This document shows, in pieces, positions 1 to 12,830 of a DNA stretch of 43,839 bases (its first letter is position 1; the number at the start of each line of letters is the position of its first letter). Origin of the DNA: Nemertoderma westbladi (lineage: Eukaryota > Animalia > Xenacoelomorpha); NCBI GenBank assembly GCA_032718475.1, contig JAUCBJ010000171.1, forward strand, positions 1-43,839. The letters are read 5' to 3'. A program made the translations under genes and the position numbers. The notes below the pieces were generated by a model. That model saw only the letters and a program-made list of their open reading frames with translations, ran no database searches and was not told where the DNA came from.

Positions 1-523
1 CAGACTACCACTAAGCCTAAACAAACTACTGTATGTGCAGATTCTGAAACTGTTAGTTAGTATGCGTGCTAATACGGTAGTACGACTTATTCTTTAAGAG
101 GGGATTGTCCTTACAGCGATGGCTGCCCCAACTTACTAACGGCACTTTATCAGACTTACTCTACACACGTAGCAATTCCTTCAGACCCAACAACAGCTAG
201 GCAACAATCCAGCCCACAAAATATCTGAATAATATTACGGTATCTGAACAGACTATACAAACAATACAGGATAAACGCTGACGGACTACTATCAAGCCTA
301 AATAACCACAGTATATGCAGATTCCGAAACTTGTTAGTGAGTATGCGTGCTAATAAGGTAGCGCGGCTTATTCTTTATGGGGGTTGACCTTACAACTTAC
401 GAGTTGCCCCAACTTACTAACTGGCACCTATCAGACTCTCTACACACGCTGTAATCTTCAAGCCTAACAACAGTCAGACAACAGTCCAGCCTACAATGAT
501 CTGAACAATCTGAGCAGACTTAC
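1..523. repeat. Diverged ~281-bp tandem duplication (2 copies visible, may continue left of the window)
   Basis: Blocks such as GTATGCGTGCTAATA, CTTATTCTTTA, TGCCCCAACTTACTAAC and CTCTACACACG recur in the same order at ~1-255 and ~282-523. Confidence 0.85.
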
Positions 524-677
524 ACGTCTTCAGCTCAATATTAACTTACTAGGAAATAAAACTGACAGAAATAAACCTAAGTAAAATCCCAATAAAAACC
601 AGGCGTCCCCGATTTAGTATCAAGACCTACCGGTATACAATAATCAAAATCGAATAATACTAATGTACTTGCACAGC

Positions 678-753
678 AGTACCGGTTATGACAGTTGGGC
701 CTACGGACCTACGGTAGTAGTACCGGTTATGACAGTTGGGCCTACTGACCTAC
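678..753. repeat. 41-bp-period direct repeat, 2 copies
   Basis: AGTACCGGTTATGACAGTTGGGCCTAC(G/T)GACCTAC at 678-712 and 719-753. Confidence 0.9.
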
Positions 754-2035
754 TGGAGTGCCGGTATTTTCAATCTTATTGCTTACCGCAAATAAGATCG
801 ATAGCTATTATTGTACGCGCTTTTATAGACCTTCAGCAGTTTAACCTGCCGAAATTTATATGTCTTTATTGATAATCTGCCTTTTGTAAGATGATAAGAT
901 TTAATACAAAACAAACCAAAACATTAGCCGAAGCCAGTCCATGCGCGTCCAAATGACCCGTTTATAACACCGGGAGACTGGATTCGTGGGCTTAAATTTA
1001 TTTGCGGTCAAGCCTACTGTATTATTCGATTGATTATTAATATATAATCTCTGACAAATATTATTCACTTTAGGGAAATATTAGCAGTTCCTTTTAGGAC
1101 GTGGCGCTCTACCTATGTAAACAGAGTTATGACTGATACTACACACAACTATATGGCTTAAATTTCAAGCATAGGGCGCATTCTTTAGGAATGCTTTATT
1201 ATCAGATCCAATCAATTTACAATCACGTAAGCTACCGGTAACGCACAACACTGCTCACTGATATGCCGACAGTTACTGACTTTGATCAGGTATAAAGAGA
1301 TATGCACTGGACTCAGGTAGTGTCTGTCAAACAACATTAGATTCACTACAAACACAATAATAAAGTCGCCATTGTTGTACATAACCCTTCTCTCTAACCT
1401 GTAGTGTATCAAGGATATTGGGAAAATGTGGGTTGATTATTGATATTCTTCAACTAATAACATCCAATTATACTGATACAAAATTACAAACAGTAAAAGC
1501 AGTATGACGGTAGGTTAAGATACAATTAGATTGCAAGTGATGAGATCAATGAATTAAAATGAGTTGATAATTCATAAGATGAGATAATAGCTATGCTTTC
1601 TATAATTTAGCCTACTAATGTTCTTACAAAAAGGCAGAAAACATTTCGCTATCTCAAAACGGTCTTAAAACACTGATAATAAAGTCTTAAAATCATAACC
1701 AAAGTCCCGTGACTTTAGCTCTCTTATTTTCCAAGAATCCCGTTCAACACATGTAATCAGCAGTGAGACAGGATAATTTCAGTTCAGTAGCTCGGGATTG
1801 GTCGAAATCAGAACTAACTCAACGCAGGGCTATGGGTAACTGGGGCAACCTTCCCAAGCCGGCTGTCCAATCGAACAGCTCAGATCCCTCCTAAAGGATT
1901 CCAACGCCTTGGAGGGGGGAACTGGTTAGCAAAGAAAACAAATCAGTCATATCCCAGAAAAACCTTTACAGTAGGTTTCAGAGTATTTTAGCGTATGGGG
2001 GAAAAACTGGGTTGCGGGGCGAAGGGCCAGTTACA

Positions 2036-3117
2036 TCCCACAGAAGCTTTTACACTAGCTGACGAAATAAAAAACGCTATCACTACATTAAGATCTATTG
2101 GACAACTCGATTACGGGAACACCCCTACAGTCCTATTAAAAATCATAGGAAGACTCCACCATCGACTTCGTCGGGAGTGGAGGAAGATCGAATACCAGCG
2201 GGAAGAAAGGGGTGGATTTTTGAAATTAGAGGATGTGTACCTATTAATATCCAGGGAAGCGGTGGTGGAGACCCGATCCAACTACACCGACCAACACATT
2301 GTAGCAGAAGGAATCACCTTACCATCCTCAAACCGACAAAAAACCCCAGACAACATCCACCAAGACAGCCACTTACGCCACACCGACAGATACCCGACAA
2401 TTTTCGGACGGTAGTAGAGTATCCGCACCTATTGGGATCAAACAGACCAGACAGCAATTGAGTGCAGACTTTAGCGGTTGCCAATACTGCGAGCAGTTAG
2501 GCAAGCGGCATACCAGTCACAAGCTAAGAGGTTGTCGGCTGTTTCGCGAGTTAAACTCGGAAGAACGAAGACTACAGATATGGCCATTGGATTCTTGTTG
2601 GCGGTGTACTCAACACGGACACGTCCGCAAAGATTGCCCAAATACGGACACCTGTCCATCCTGTGGACGCAACCATGATGGTTTGCTCCATACCGACAGT
2701 CATACGCTGACAAAACGCTTCACTAGGGAACACCCAGAAGCAGTAGCGAAATGTAATACGGCATATAAGAATCGAGAATCAAGAACAACTCCAACTTTCG
2801 TGACACATATTCGGGATTGTTTCCCAGAGCAATCCGGGTCTTCTGATGAGGAAACCGAGGACGACGACATATACTCAGATGGAGACGAACAACCATCGAT
2901 TGCGCTTCTGACGCCTGACCAACTAAAAGGTTTTAGCGTAATTCCTGTCAAGATTACTGGCACAAAAGGGAGCAAACGAATCTACGCTATCCTGGATTCA
3001 GCCTCATCTCACAGCTATGTGGATGAGAAGGTAGCTGATGTCGTGACGGATCTCCGACAAGGTAAGAACGTCAAATACACTGTAAGTAGTATGCGTGGAC
3101 AATGTGCAATCCAGTGA
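2036..3117 (+). pseudogene. gag: Element A gag C-terminus, three Pao-type zinc knuckles and aspartic protease N-terminal half
   Basis: LADEIKNAITTLRSIG...LRREWRK...LEDVYLLISREA aligns with element B FANKVEKALIVLKTLD...LRNKWRK...LEEMSSFLNYEA. Knuckles CQYC..H....C, CWRCTQHGHVRKDC, CPSCGRNHDGLLH. Protease YAILDSASSHSYV. Frameshift at the A6 run 2338-2343 and another near 3110. Confidence 0.88.
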
Positions 3118-6100
3118 CACGAGTTAAGTTGAACTTAGACACTCTTCTTCCGAAATCGCAACATAGCGAAAAGGAGAGGTCTTTGTTACCCTTTAAGGAT
3201 TTAACCTTTGCAGCCACAAAGGACTTTAGTAACCTACTGGGTCCAGTGCCGGAACAATCCTTAGAGGACCGTAAGTATTTCAGACACCTTGGTGTACCTG
3301 AATGTCCTGTTAACTATAGATCAGTAGCAATGCTGATCGGGACAGATCAATTCAACTTACATCAAGTGTTGGAAACCAGACCATCGGTAGTCGTAGCAGG
3401 AAATGCATACGCCTGTCGAACTCCGATAGGTTGGTATACTGGAGCGCCTGTGCGCACACTAGATATAAGTGATGAGGAAGACGATGTACAAAGTACATGT
3501 AGTTTATTAACTACAACTTCAACTCATTCCTTTTCACACGACAAAGACTATACTACACTACGCTCGACAAAACACAACAACGTTACAAGTACGACGTGTG
3601 TAGCGAGTACGATAAGTCACAAAGAGCAGCCAATCCACAAGGTTAGTGTAGAGATTGAGAAGGAGCGGAGTCAGGCAGAGGTTCCATCAACGATAGATGA
3701 TAACGCCGGAAGGCTTGCGAGTCTACCTCAACCAATAACCTTAACAATGCCCGTTGATGACGATGCGTTAAGAAATCATCAAGTGGAACAAGCCGCGCTA
3801 GACAAAGAATTAACAGAGAAAACTATCAAGTGGTTGGAACAAGATACAGCCGAGCCTGGTAGTTACGAACCATGTATGTCGGAACAAGAGAAACAATCTT
3901 TAAAGATCATGGAAGATACTATCCGCCAGACGAAAGACGGACATTATGAGGTAGGGATGCTATGGCGTAACCAACGTCCTAAACTTATAAATAATTATCC
4001 GCTAGCCTTAAGACGTTTAAATTCAATATGACAACGTTTGTTGAAGGACGAGAAAGCCCATCTGCAGTATAATACTCAGATGGAGACGTATTTGACAAAA
4101 GGATACGCTATCAAAATGACAAACCCAGAGATTGTAACAGACCAGACATACTACTTGCCACATCACTACGTGAGACACCCCGATAAACCAGATAAAGTAC
4201 GTATAGTTAATGACTGCGCGGCTCTGTTTGAGGGAATGTCTCTCAATAGTGAGTTGATGGATGGACCAAACATGAATAATTATCTCATGGGGGTGATTAT
4301 GTGCTTCCGTCAGCGCCAAGTAGCATTTACTTGCGACGTTGAAGCCATGTTTCACCAAGTGCGAGCGTTAGAGCGAGACAGAGACAGTTTGAGGTTCCTC
4401 TGGTACCCGGATGGAGACTTAAGTCAACCACCGGCAACTTACCAAATGAAAGTTCGCGTATTCGGTGCCAGGGACAGCCCAAACTGCACTATGTACGCCC
4501 TAAAGCAAACCGCTAGGGATCAGAAACATAAATATGACCCAGAGGTAATCCAGATCGTAGAACGAGATTTTTATGTGGACGATGGATTACAAAGTTGTGA
4601 CATAGTAGAACGTGCTATCACAGTAGCACATCAATTACGGGACTGTTTAGCAGGCGGAGGTTTTAACCTCACCAAGTTTGCTTCAAACAGTGCCGAATTA
4701 GTAAATTCATTCGAAACGACTGAACGTGGGGGTGGTGAGATTGACTTAGAGTTTGAACCACAACCGACGACAAAGGTGTTGGGACTATTTTGGGACCCGA
4801 ACACAGACAACTTTCGAGTGAAAGTAAGACTGGACGCTCAAGGGGATTCTCTGACAAAGAGGTCTTGCTTGTCGAAACTAAGCAGACTGTTCGATCCATT
4901 AGGTTTCATCAGCCCAATAATACTGCAAGCAAGAATATATATGCGCAGTATTTGGAAAGATGGACTGACATGGGACGAACCGATCTCATCCGAACAAGTG
5001 GACTTATGGAAGACTTGGGAGGCGCAATTATCTTCACTAGAGGATTATTCCATACCCCGGGTGTACTTTCCATTACAGACGACATTTCCTGACAACTTAG
5101 AATTACATTGTTTTTCCGACGCCAGTGACAACCGCTTTGGAGTGACAGCGTATTTGCGCAGACAAGTAGACTCAGATGAGTTTGATGTTTCGCTCATTAC
5201 TTCTAAGGCTAAAACCATGCCTACTAAGTACATGACAACACCACGCGCTGAGCTACAAGCCGCAACTCTGTCAACGACAATTGTAAACCTCATACAGACT
5301 GAACTACAATCAAGTTTACAGATATTTTATTGGACTGACGCGACGTTAGTTTTATTTTATATAAACAATGACACACTTGAATTTAAGACATTTGTAGCCA
5401 ACCGTCGCGCAGAAATTCTAGACCGTTCAATAAAGGAAGATTGGCGACATTGTCCCGGACCACAAAATCCAGCTGATATTGCATCACGAGGAATGATGCC
5501 TGAGGAATTCTGTAAACCAGAAAACAAGGAATTTTGGCAACACGGACCACAATTCTTACAAAGAGCAACACAACATTGGCCGCCACTATACGATAACAAG
5601 TCTAACACTATTCCTAAGGACGCCGAAATTAAAAAACCAAAGAAAGGTAAAACAAAGAAAAAGACAACGGCGAAACTTAAGAAGAAACCAAAGGCGAAAT
5701 GGAAGAATATAACTCACAAAATTAAGGCAGGAAGACTTGCGAGCCTTTCTCAACCAGACGTATCGCCAGACGGTCAACCAGACATGTTACCAGACGTATC
5801 GCCAGACGCTCAACCAGACACGTTACCAGACAGTCAACCAGACATTTTGCCAGACATGTCACTAGACGTTTCGCCGGATGTTCCGCGAAACATTTTACCA
5901 GACATTTCACAAGATGTTCTACCAGACACTAGTAACATACTAACACATAGTAAAGCCGCAGTTTCCCTATTGGAGCAGCCTTCTATTGACAAACCACCAA
6001 ACTTGACACCCTTGAGTAACCATAAGTACAGTGAAACCTCATGTATTACAGATGTGGGTAGTACCTACGCAAATGTAAATACAGGTGTTACTTTACGCTC

Positions 6101-6143
6101 AAGAGACATACCAACCTTACAACCTTACGAGACCTGGGATTAA
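3102..6143 (+). pseudogene. pol: Element A pol: protease C-terminal half, reverse transcriptase and RNase H (Pao peptidase-A17 region)
   Basis: MLIGTD, RTPIGW, GHYEVGMLW, YYLPHH, KVRIVND, DVEAMFHQV, FGARDSP, FYVDDGL, FDPLGFISP, LHCFSDAS, PRAELQAA, YWTD, WRHCPGPQNPADIASRG. ORFs 3102-4031 and 4038-6143 are in one frame, split by TGA 4029-4031 (probably CGA>TGA). Confidence 0.95.
5753..5927 (+). repeat. 12-bp coding minisatellite (PDxx tetrapeptides) in the RNase H-integrase linker
   Basis: Recurrent CCAGAC; peptide PDVSPDGQPDMLPDVSPDAQPDTLPDSQPDILPDMS... Confidence 0.85.
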
Positions 6144-7896
6144 TATCGGCAGAAAATTAAATTTACCGAAACCCAGTGATCCCATAGAATTTAAACCACC
6201 ATTAGGAATCGACACACAAAGTACTGACAATCAAGGTAAGAAGACGAAGAAGGACAAATTACTTGTAGACCCGGACGGATCAACAGTCAAGAAGGGAATA
6301 CTTACCGGCGGACTCGTGGGCCCATCTAGTAAATCAAAACCTTCCAAATTCTCCATTGACTTACCTGATGACGTCATAAATACTTACGTCGACCGTATTG
6401 TAAATTTGACAGATTCTTGGACAAACGCGTGCCGAAAATTAGCGTGGATTGTACCTTTTGTACAATACGTTAAAGACAAACGCAACTTTACACGTCGACT
6501 CACATTGACTGAGATTGACAGATGTGAAATTAAATTAATTCGCCATTACCAATTGCGATATTTCGCACGCGAATTCACATCTATAAGTCAAGGTCAACCA
6601 ATCAAGTCGTCACCAATATTGAGTTGGAGTCCGATAATTTATAATGGCTTAATTTGTCATAAATCTCGGCTTCAAAACATCGACTTTAATACTGATTTTA
6701 GATACCCGATAATAATACCGCAACATCATGAATTACAACGTGCAATGATACTGGACGCACATTTACATCTGAAACACGCTGGAAGACACCACTGTCTTTC
6801 TTATTTACGTACAAGATTTGTATTAATTAGACCCAGTAAAGCGCTAAGTTCAGTGACACGTATGTGTATTATTTGTAAGAAGGTACATTCTAGAATAAGT
6901 ACCCAAGAAATGAGTGAACTTCCACAAGCAAGACTACAGGCATTCAGACCACCTTTCACAGAGACTGGAATTGACTGCTTTGGTCCCATACATACGAAAC
7001 GTGGACATATACTAGTAAAACGCTGGGGACTGATTTTCACATGTATGTCCAGTAGGGCAGTTCATATAGAACGTGTGATGGATCTTTCCACCAATGCTTT
7101 TATACTAGCACTGCGGCGATTTATCGCTAGACGCGGGCTAGTAAAATGCTTGTACTCAGACCAAGGTACAAACTTTGTTGGTGCTCGAAATGAAATTGCT
7201 AGAGCCTTTAAGAAATTAGATCATGATCAAATCTCAAACGAACTACGTCCTTACAAGATTGTTTGGAAGTTTAATCCTCCAGATAGTCCATGGAGAGGCG
7301 GAGTCTGGGAGAGATTGATTAGATCTATAAAAACAGCCATGGCAAAAGTAATTCCAGTAAACCACATCTTGACAGACGACCAACTGACCACATTGTTTGT
7401 TGAAATCGAGGCAATACTAAATACTAGACCAATAGTATTAGTACCCGATGACAAACAATCCCAGTTTGCTTTAACACCTGCACACCTGCTAATGCAGGCA
7501 CCGACTACATTAATGCCTATTTCGATTCCAACAGAAAGCGATAGCTACGGTAGAAAAGCGTGGAAAATCACGCAACTACTAGCTAACAAATTCTGGGAAA
7601 TATGGCAAAACCATTATTTGCCCTCTATTTCTGCCAGAACAACCTGGTACAACAATACTCGCGCTTTAAAGCCGGGAGATCACGTGCTGTTAGCAGAAGT
7701 GAATTTAAAAAGACGCTTCTGGATAACAGGTGTAATTTTAGACACACATCCATCTATGGATGGAGTGACAAGAACCGTGACGGTATGGACAATTGACGGT
7801 CGTACAGTAGACAGACCGACTCAACGTCTCGTACTTCTTGAAGAGACGCGAAACAAGTCTGGAGATTACAAGTCTCCAACAAATGTTAGTAAATAG
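6085..7896 (+). pseudogene. int: Element A integrase (HHCC + DDE + Pao C-terminal domain), frameshifted from the upstream pol
   Basis: HLHLKHAG...CIIC, GIDCFGP, RAVHIE, YSDQGTNFVGA, PWRGGVWERLI, EIEAILNTRP, LTPAHLL, FWEIWQNHYLP. Confidence 0.95.
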
Positions 7897-8557
7897 TAAG
7901 GAGTTTACAAATAGATTTCCACTTACCTGTACGCTGTAGTAAAGACAGCGGTAGAATTCCATTGTCTTTATATGCGAACATTGAGGGTAGTACCCTTATG
8001 TGTCACATAGGAGCGGGATTTGTAGGTATAAGAAATGGAATTCTACTTGGAACTCACAATATTGAGACATTTTCGAAATTTTAGACAATCCATTTGGATT
8101 TGAAAATTTTTTAAAATTTTCTCCAGTGAATAGATTTCAGGGTACAGTCGGGTGGAACTTAAAATTAGAGAAACAAGAGAATGGAAGACTCGCGAGCCTT
8201 TCTTAAATTTTAATAAAATTTACACGGTCTTGTTTCAATAAGTTACGTCGAATAATATACTTCCCTATATTTATTACTAATTCTTGATTGCTTATTTTCT
8301 GATAATAGTTTGGGAGCAAAAAGTGAGTATTTTAGACTCACAGCCAGTTTAGCCCAAAATCGTTTTTATTTCGGCAAAAATTTTAGATAAGAAACAGCGT
8401 GTCATTAAAGAAACCCTAGATCTTAGGCTATGGGTAGGAGGTTAGAGCGTTGTCGAGCCAAAAGGGCAGACGAAAACTCTCACATCTCCTCACAACTAAC
8501 AATAAACTCTGTTGTATTCCCTCTAGTAGTAATGATTATGTAACCATACCTCTAATA

Positions 8558-11500
8558 ATGGCGAAGGGGATACATGGAGAGCCGAGATAGGGATATGATA
8601 TCCAAGAGGAAGCAGCAGCGCCATTCGAACGATTTGGAGCTAAGGATTACACCATATTTGGAATAAAGGATTTATCAGAAAGTACAGCGAAACTCGCAAA
8701 GACTAAATATGACTCGAATGTATTAAAGAGAAGGCAAAACGCATTAAATGAAAGAATCGAAAGTTTACGCAAAACCTTCAATGAACTTTACCCGTACGAC
8801 GCTTTATGTGATACGGGAGATATTAGCGAAGATCCCGATACCGAAATTAGTCGTTTGTATCATACCATGCAATACCTGAAGGCGCATGAACCTATGCCCG
8901 CGGTACGCGATGAATTCGATGGAATGCATCTTTACAGACGAACTCGAGGGGACGATAGAGAAACGAAGGAAGCATTTTCAGTTTATAAACTTTATTATCA
9001 ATGTGGTGCTTGTATGCACGAACAACGAAATGCGATTCCGATGCGTTTGAATAAGGAAAATCCCGAACCGATATTGGCGAGGTGTTCGAACCATCAACAA
9101 CTACGCTACCAGGAAGGAGGGTATCCTTTATCGAATCCATATCATTCATTCGCTATGTGTGGACCAAAGGCGGGAGAAATTGTCGTTTACCCATCTAAGG
9201 TTGTTGAACCCGATGCATTTGAACTTACGCTGGACGAGGCGACTCAGTCAACCCGCGAAAAGAAGGAAGTTCTTAGCCTATACAGAGCCTACAAGGCTTT
9301 CGAGAAAGGTGAGATGGAAGAATGGGGCGGAAGACTCGCGAGCCTACCTTACCATTGGACGTCACACGATCAAACTTCAGCTAAGGAGATGACACCGGAA
9401 GTTTTCGAGAGTATAAACTTTGCTCAAAACGTTATTCAGAGACTACAGATTGCATCTCCGGAAAGGACAAGAGAAATGCAACCGTATAGTACTTCGACTA
9501 CGAAACCATTGAGTACGACACTCAATTTCCCTATTAGTATACCAGTTCGACAAGATACGACGTATGAAATACCTATTGTGGATCATCCGGAAATCATTTC
9601 GAACTTAGAGTTTCTTCCTGCAGTCGTTCTAAGCGATATGGTTAAGATATATGATTTACGTAGACATATTACGTAAAAGGTCGTGCATAATGTTCCGCCT
9701 CATATTCAAGACTTTAGGGAACTGGATAGAGCTGGCGCTGATATAGCTCCGAGTAACCTGAAAGGATATTTAACCAGAACAATTCGCTTATGGATTGGAA
9801 CAGGAACCTTTGAGTCGGATACAGATATCGCTGCGGACTGGCAAGGTAAAGTCATTCGTTTCGAAGACGAAAAGGACATAGAGAAGATTTGGCAACCTTC
9901 GGAAGAATTACTGGACGAATGGAATAGGACGTTTAGATCGTTTCAGGAAAACGGTTACATGTTTTATGACAACGAGGGCGGCAGCCATCAGCAGAGTCTG
10001 ACCTCCAAGACTATACAAATTAGAGCGGCAGATGGAGTTTTGCACGTTTTCAGTAGACAAAGGAGCGACAAGCGAATGCCGATTCCTCCAGAAAGTACCA
10101 AGCGGCACCATTTCATCACTAATATAGTAAAGAAGATGGACCAGGCTTGCAATATCGATGCTAGAATGTTACCAAAGATGGTGAGAAATATGATTTTAGA
10201 TAAAACCGTTGTAAAGATTGGATCAGGAGTGAGAGAGGACTTAATTAGCGACTTCGCCGGCATGTCGGACAGTGACGACCGATTACCGACACCTTACGTC
10301 GACACTCGACCTCTTATACTGTGGTCTATAGAACAAGGATACTTCCGTGAGTATGATACTCAGAAAACCGGAACTGGATACATTTCCTACCTGATGTTTA
10401 ATTGGGATTACAAGGAAAGTAAAAGAACAAAGAATATCGAAACGTATGGAGAAGGTGATACTCCGGATATAAATGAGTTTGAATCACAGCTCAAATGGAG
10501 AGGATGCGTATATTGGGCTATTACTTCACCTCCAAGAGCGGTACTACAATATTATTTAGCGATAGAGTCATCAGTGAATGTTTGCTTAGTCGCCGACATT
10601 GTGTCTCGGACTCTTAAAAGACATCCACTTTGCCTCGGAGAAGATCATACATTCTACGTGGAAGGGAGAATTCATACCGACGTGTTTAGACGATTTCTCG
10701 AACCCTTCTACAATTCCGACGCTCAGTGTAATTCCTTCACTCGAGCAGGATTTAGTATATTTCGAGACGTGTATCTTCGCTGTGCGGGATCTCTTATCGA
10801 AAGACCATCTATGTTTACATTGTTACCCTATGAAGGAGAACGTATCGTGGAGCTTACGGACGAATCACGGCAGACGCGCGCGCCTATCGGTCACTTAGGT
10901 GATGATTTCGAAGTAACAACGATCATTGACGATCCTTTAGAGGAACTTCTTGAGATTGAAAGGAACCTCCCGAAGAAATCTCAGACGGAGATTCGACAAC
11001 TAGAAGCAACAGATGCTGTAGTTTGCATACAACCTTCTGAAAGATACCAACCTATCGATCCAGACGATTATGATTATAGTGTGGGAGGAAGCGCTCGACC
11101 CATTGAAGATCTTATATATGAACGAGTGTGGTACCCTGCTAATACAATGTGTGGTAAATGTGGCGTCACTGGACATCATTCGACAAAGTGCAGTGGAAAG
11201 CACATTACTACGACTCAACTAATCTGTGGATGGTGTGGAGATCAAGGGTCCCATACATTTTATACTTGCTGGAGATTTATGGCTCAATGCACATACTGCA
11301 ATATAAAGGGACATCGAGCATCTGAATGCCAATTGCGAGACATACCTTACTAACACGAATCTGTAAAACTCGTGCGAAAACTATTTGATGATTGGGAAGA
11401 TTTAGCTGACGAACATGTATCGGCGCAAAGAAGACAGTTCCCGATGAGAGCGCATCTTGGATTTTGGGCGGTAAATCCCCAAACGATGATGTCGGAAGGA

Positions 11501-12280
11501 TATATCTCCGCTATGCCACAATATGACGAACTCATCGAGGTAGTTGATATTTTGCCTCACGATAGTGGATTTCGAGTTGTGCGCGAATACTTGTTACAGA
11601 TACACCCTGACAATAAGAATACATGGAATTTCCAGAAAGTCGTTAATCGTATCACGTATGGTGAATTTGATCGTTTCCGAATGGAAAAGCGGAACAAGGA
11701 AGCTTGGTTAACCGTCGCATGGGCGTACCGAGCCGCGTTCTACCATAAACATATACGAGCGAGCGTATTCGAGGAAGAGGAGGTCCTAGAGGCGACCAAC
11801 ATACCAGCTACTCCGGTCGCGCCGTCTGCACGTCACCCTCGGGAGGACGGACAGCATAGGATCATAAGGGTTCAGAAAGTGGGCCAACAATTAAAGAAAA
11901 CTATCAATGTTGAAGAACGAAGGGGATACGAACCGACTATTCGAATTACACGGGATACGGTTTCGCTTCCCAGAGAACCGCAAGGAGGATCGGGACATAT
12001 ACCAGCTGATCAAAAGGGGGCGCAAGCTTCTCTTGGGTCTGCGTCGCCCGCTTCCCGTGCGTTCCCAGACGTTTTACCAGCGGTAGACACAACCGATCGG
12101 TCACGAGGAATTGGACGAGGATTTGGGATAACTAAGAGACGAATATGTGAGGAAATGGTCGTACCATCTCCCAACGTCCATAGTAAACCAGTGACTCGCC
12201 CCACAAGTCCTATATCACGAGCTAAATCACCGATACGCAGTTTTCGAGGACGCGGCAGAGCGCGATCAGCTAAGCGATAA
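8558..12280 (+). pseudogene. Element A extra ORF (~1240 codons): Cys/His-rich N-terminus + DEDDy-like 3'-5' exonuclease + 3 CCHC knuckles + basic tail
   Basis: ATG 8558 and track ORFs 8855-9676, 9683-11353 and 11372-12280 share one frame, split only by TAG 8588-8590, TAA 9674-9676 and TAA 11351-11353. Exo I GYMFYDNEG (9953-9979), Exo II VVKIGSGVRED, Exo III YLAIE (10553-10567). Knuckles at 11150-11329. Confidence 0.8.
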
Positions 12281-12376
12281 ATAAAGTGTTATATTTAAAA
12301 GGACTAATTATTCCGAACTTGCAAAACTTTATAAAGTGGGAAGGAAAGAGTGGACGGAAGACTCGTGAGCCTTTCT

Positions 12377-12830
12377 TTGTATTGTTTATGCAAATTGTAT
12401 TGTTTATGCAAATTGTATTGTTTATGCAAATTGTATTGTTTACGTAAATTGAATTGTTTATGTAATTTGTATTGTTTACGTAAATTGAATTGTTTATGTA
12501 ATTTGTATTGTTTACGTAAATTGAATTGTTTATGTAATTTGTATTGTTTACGTAAATTGAATTGTTTATGTAATTTGTATTGTTTAAAATTTATATTGCT
12601 CTAAATTTATGCAATTTATATTATTCTAAATTTATGCAATTTACATTGTTCTAAACTTATGTATTTGTATTGTTCCAATTTTGAAATTCAGAAGGTTTTA
12701 TATTTAGAAGGAATTTATATTTGAAAGATTTATATTTGAGATGCAAAAGAGTTTATATTGTTCTAAACTTATGCAGTTTATATTGTTCTAAACTTATGCA
12801 GTTTATATTGTTCTAAACTTATGCAGTGTA
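12377..12830. repeat. AT-rich 18/36-bp then ~25-bp tandem repeats in the 3' non-coding region of element A
   Basis: TTGTATTGTTTATGCAAA units, then 36-bp TTGTATTGTTTACGTAAATTGAATTGTTTATGTAAT units, then TTATATTGTTCTAAACTTATGCAGT units. Confidence 0.9.

Noticed and set aside
2338-2344. Programmed -1 frameshift at AAAAAAC
   Set aside because: The heptamer is out of phase and the needed shift is +1; more likely a homopolymer indel.
8558-12280. env gene in the post-pol position (also 27851-30408)
   Set aside because: No signal peptide or transmembrane anchor visible; nuclease and knuckle motifs instead.
12350-12604. Cys-rich ORF (LYCLCK)n
   Set aside because: Translation of the AT-rich tandem repeat.
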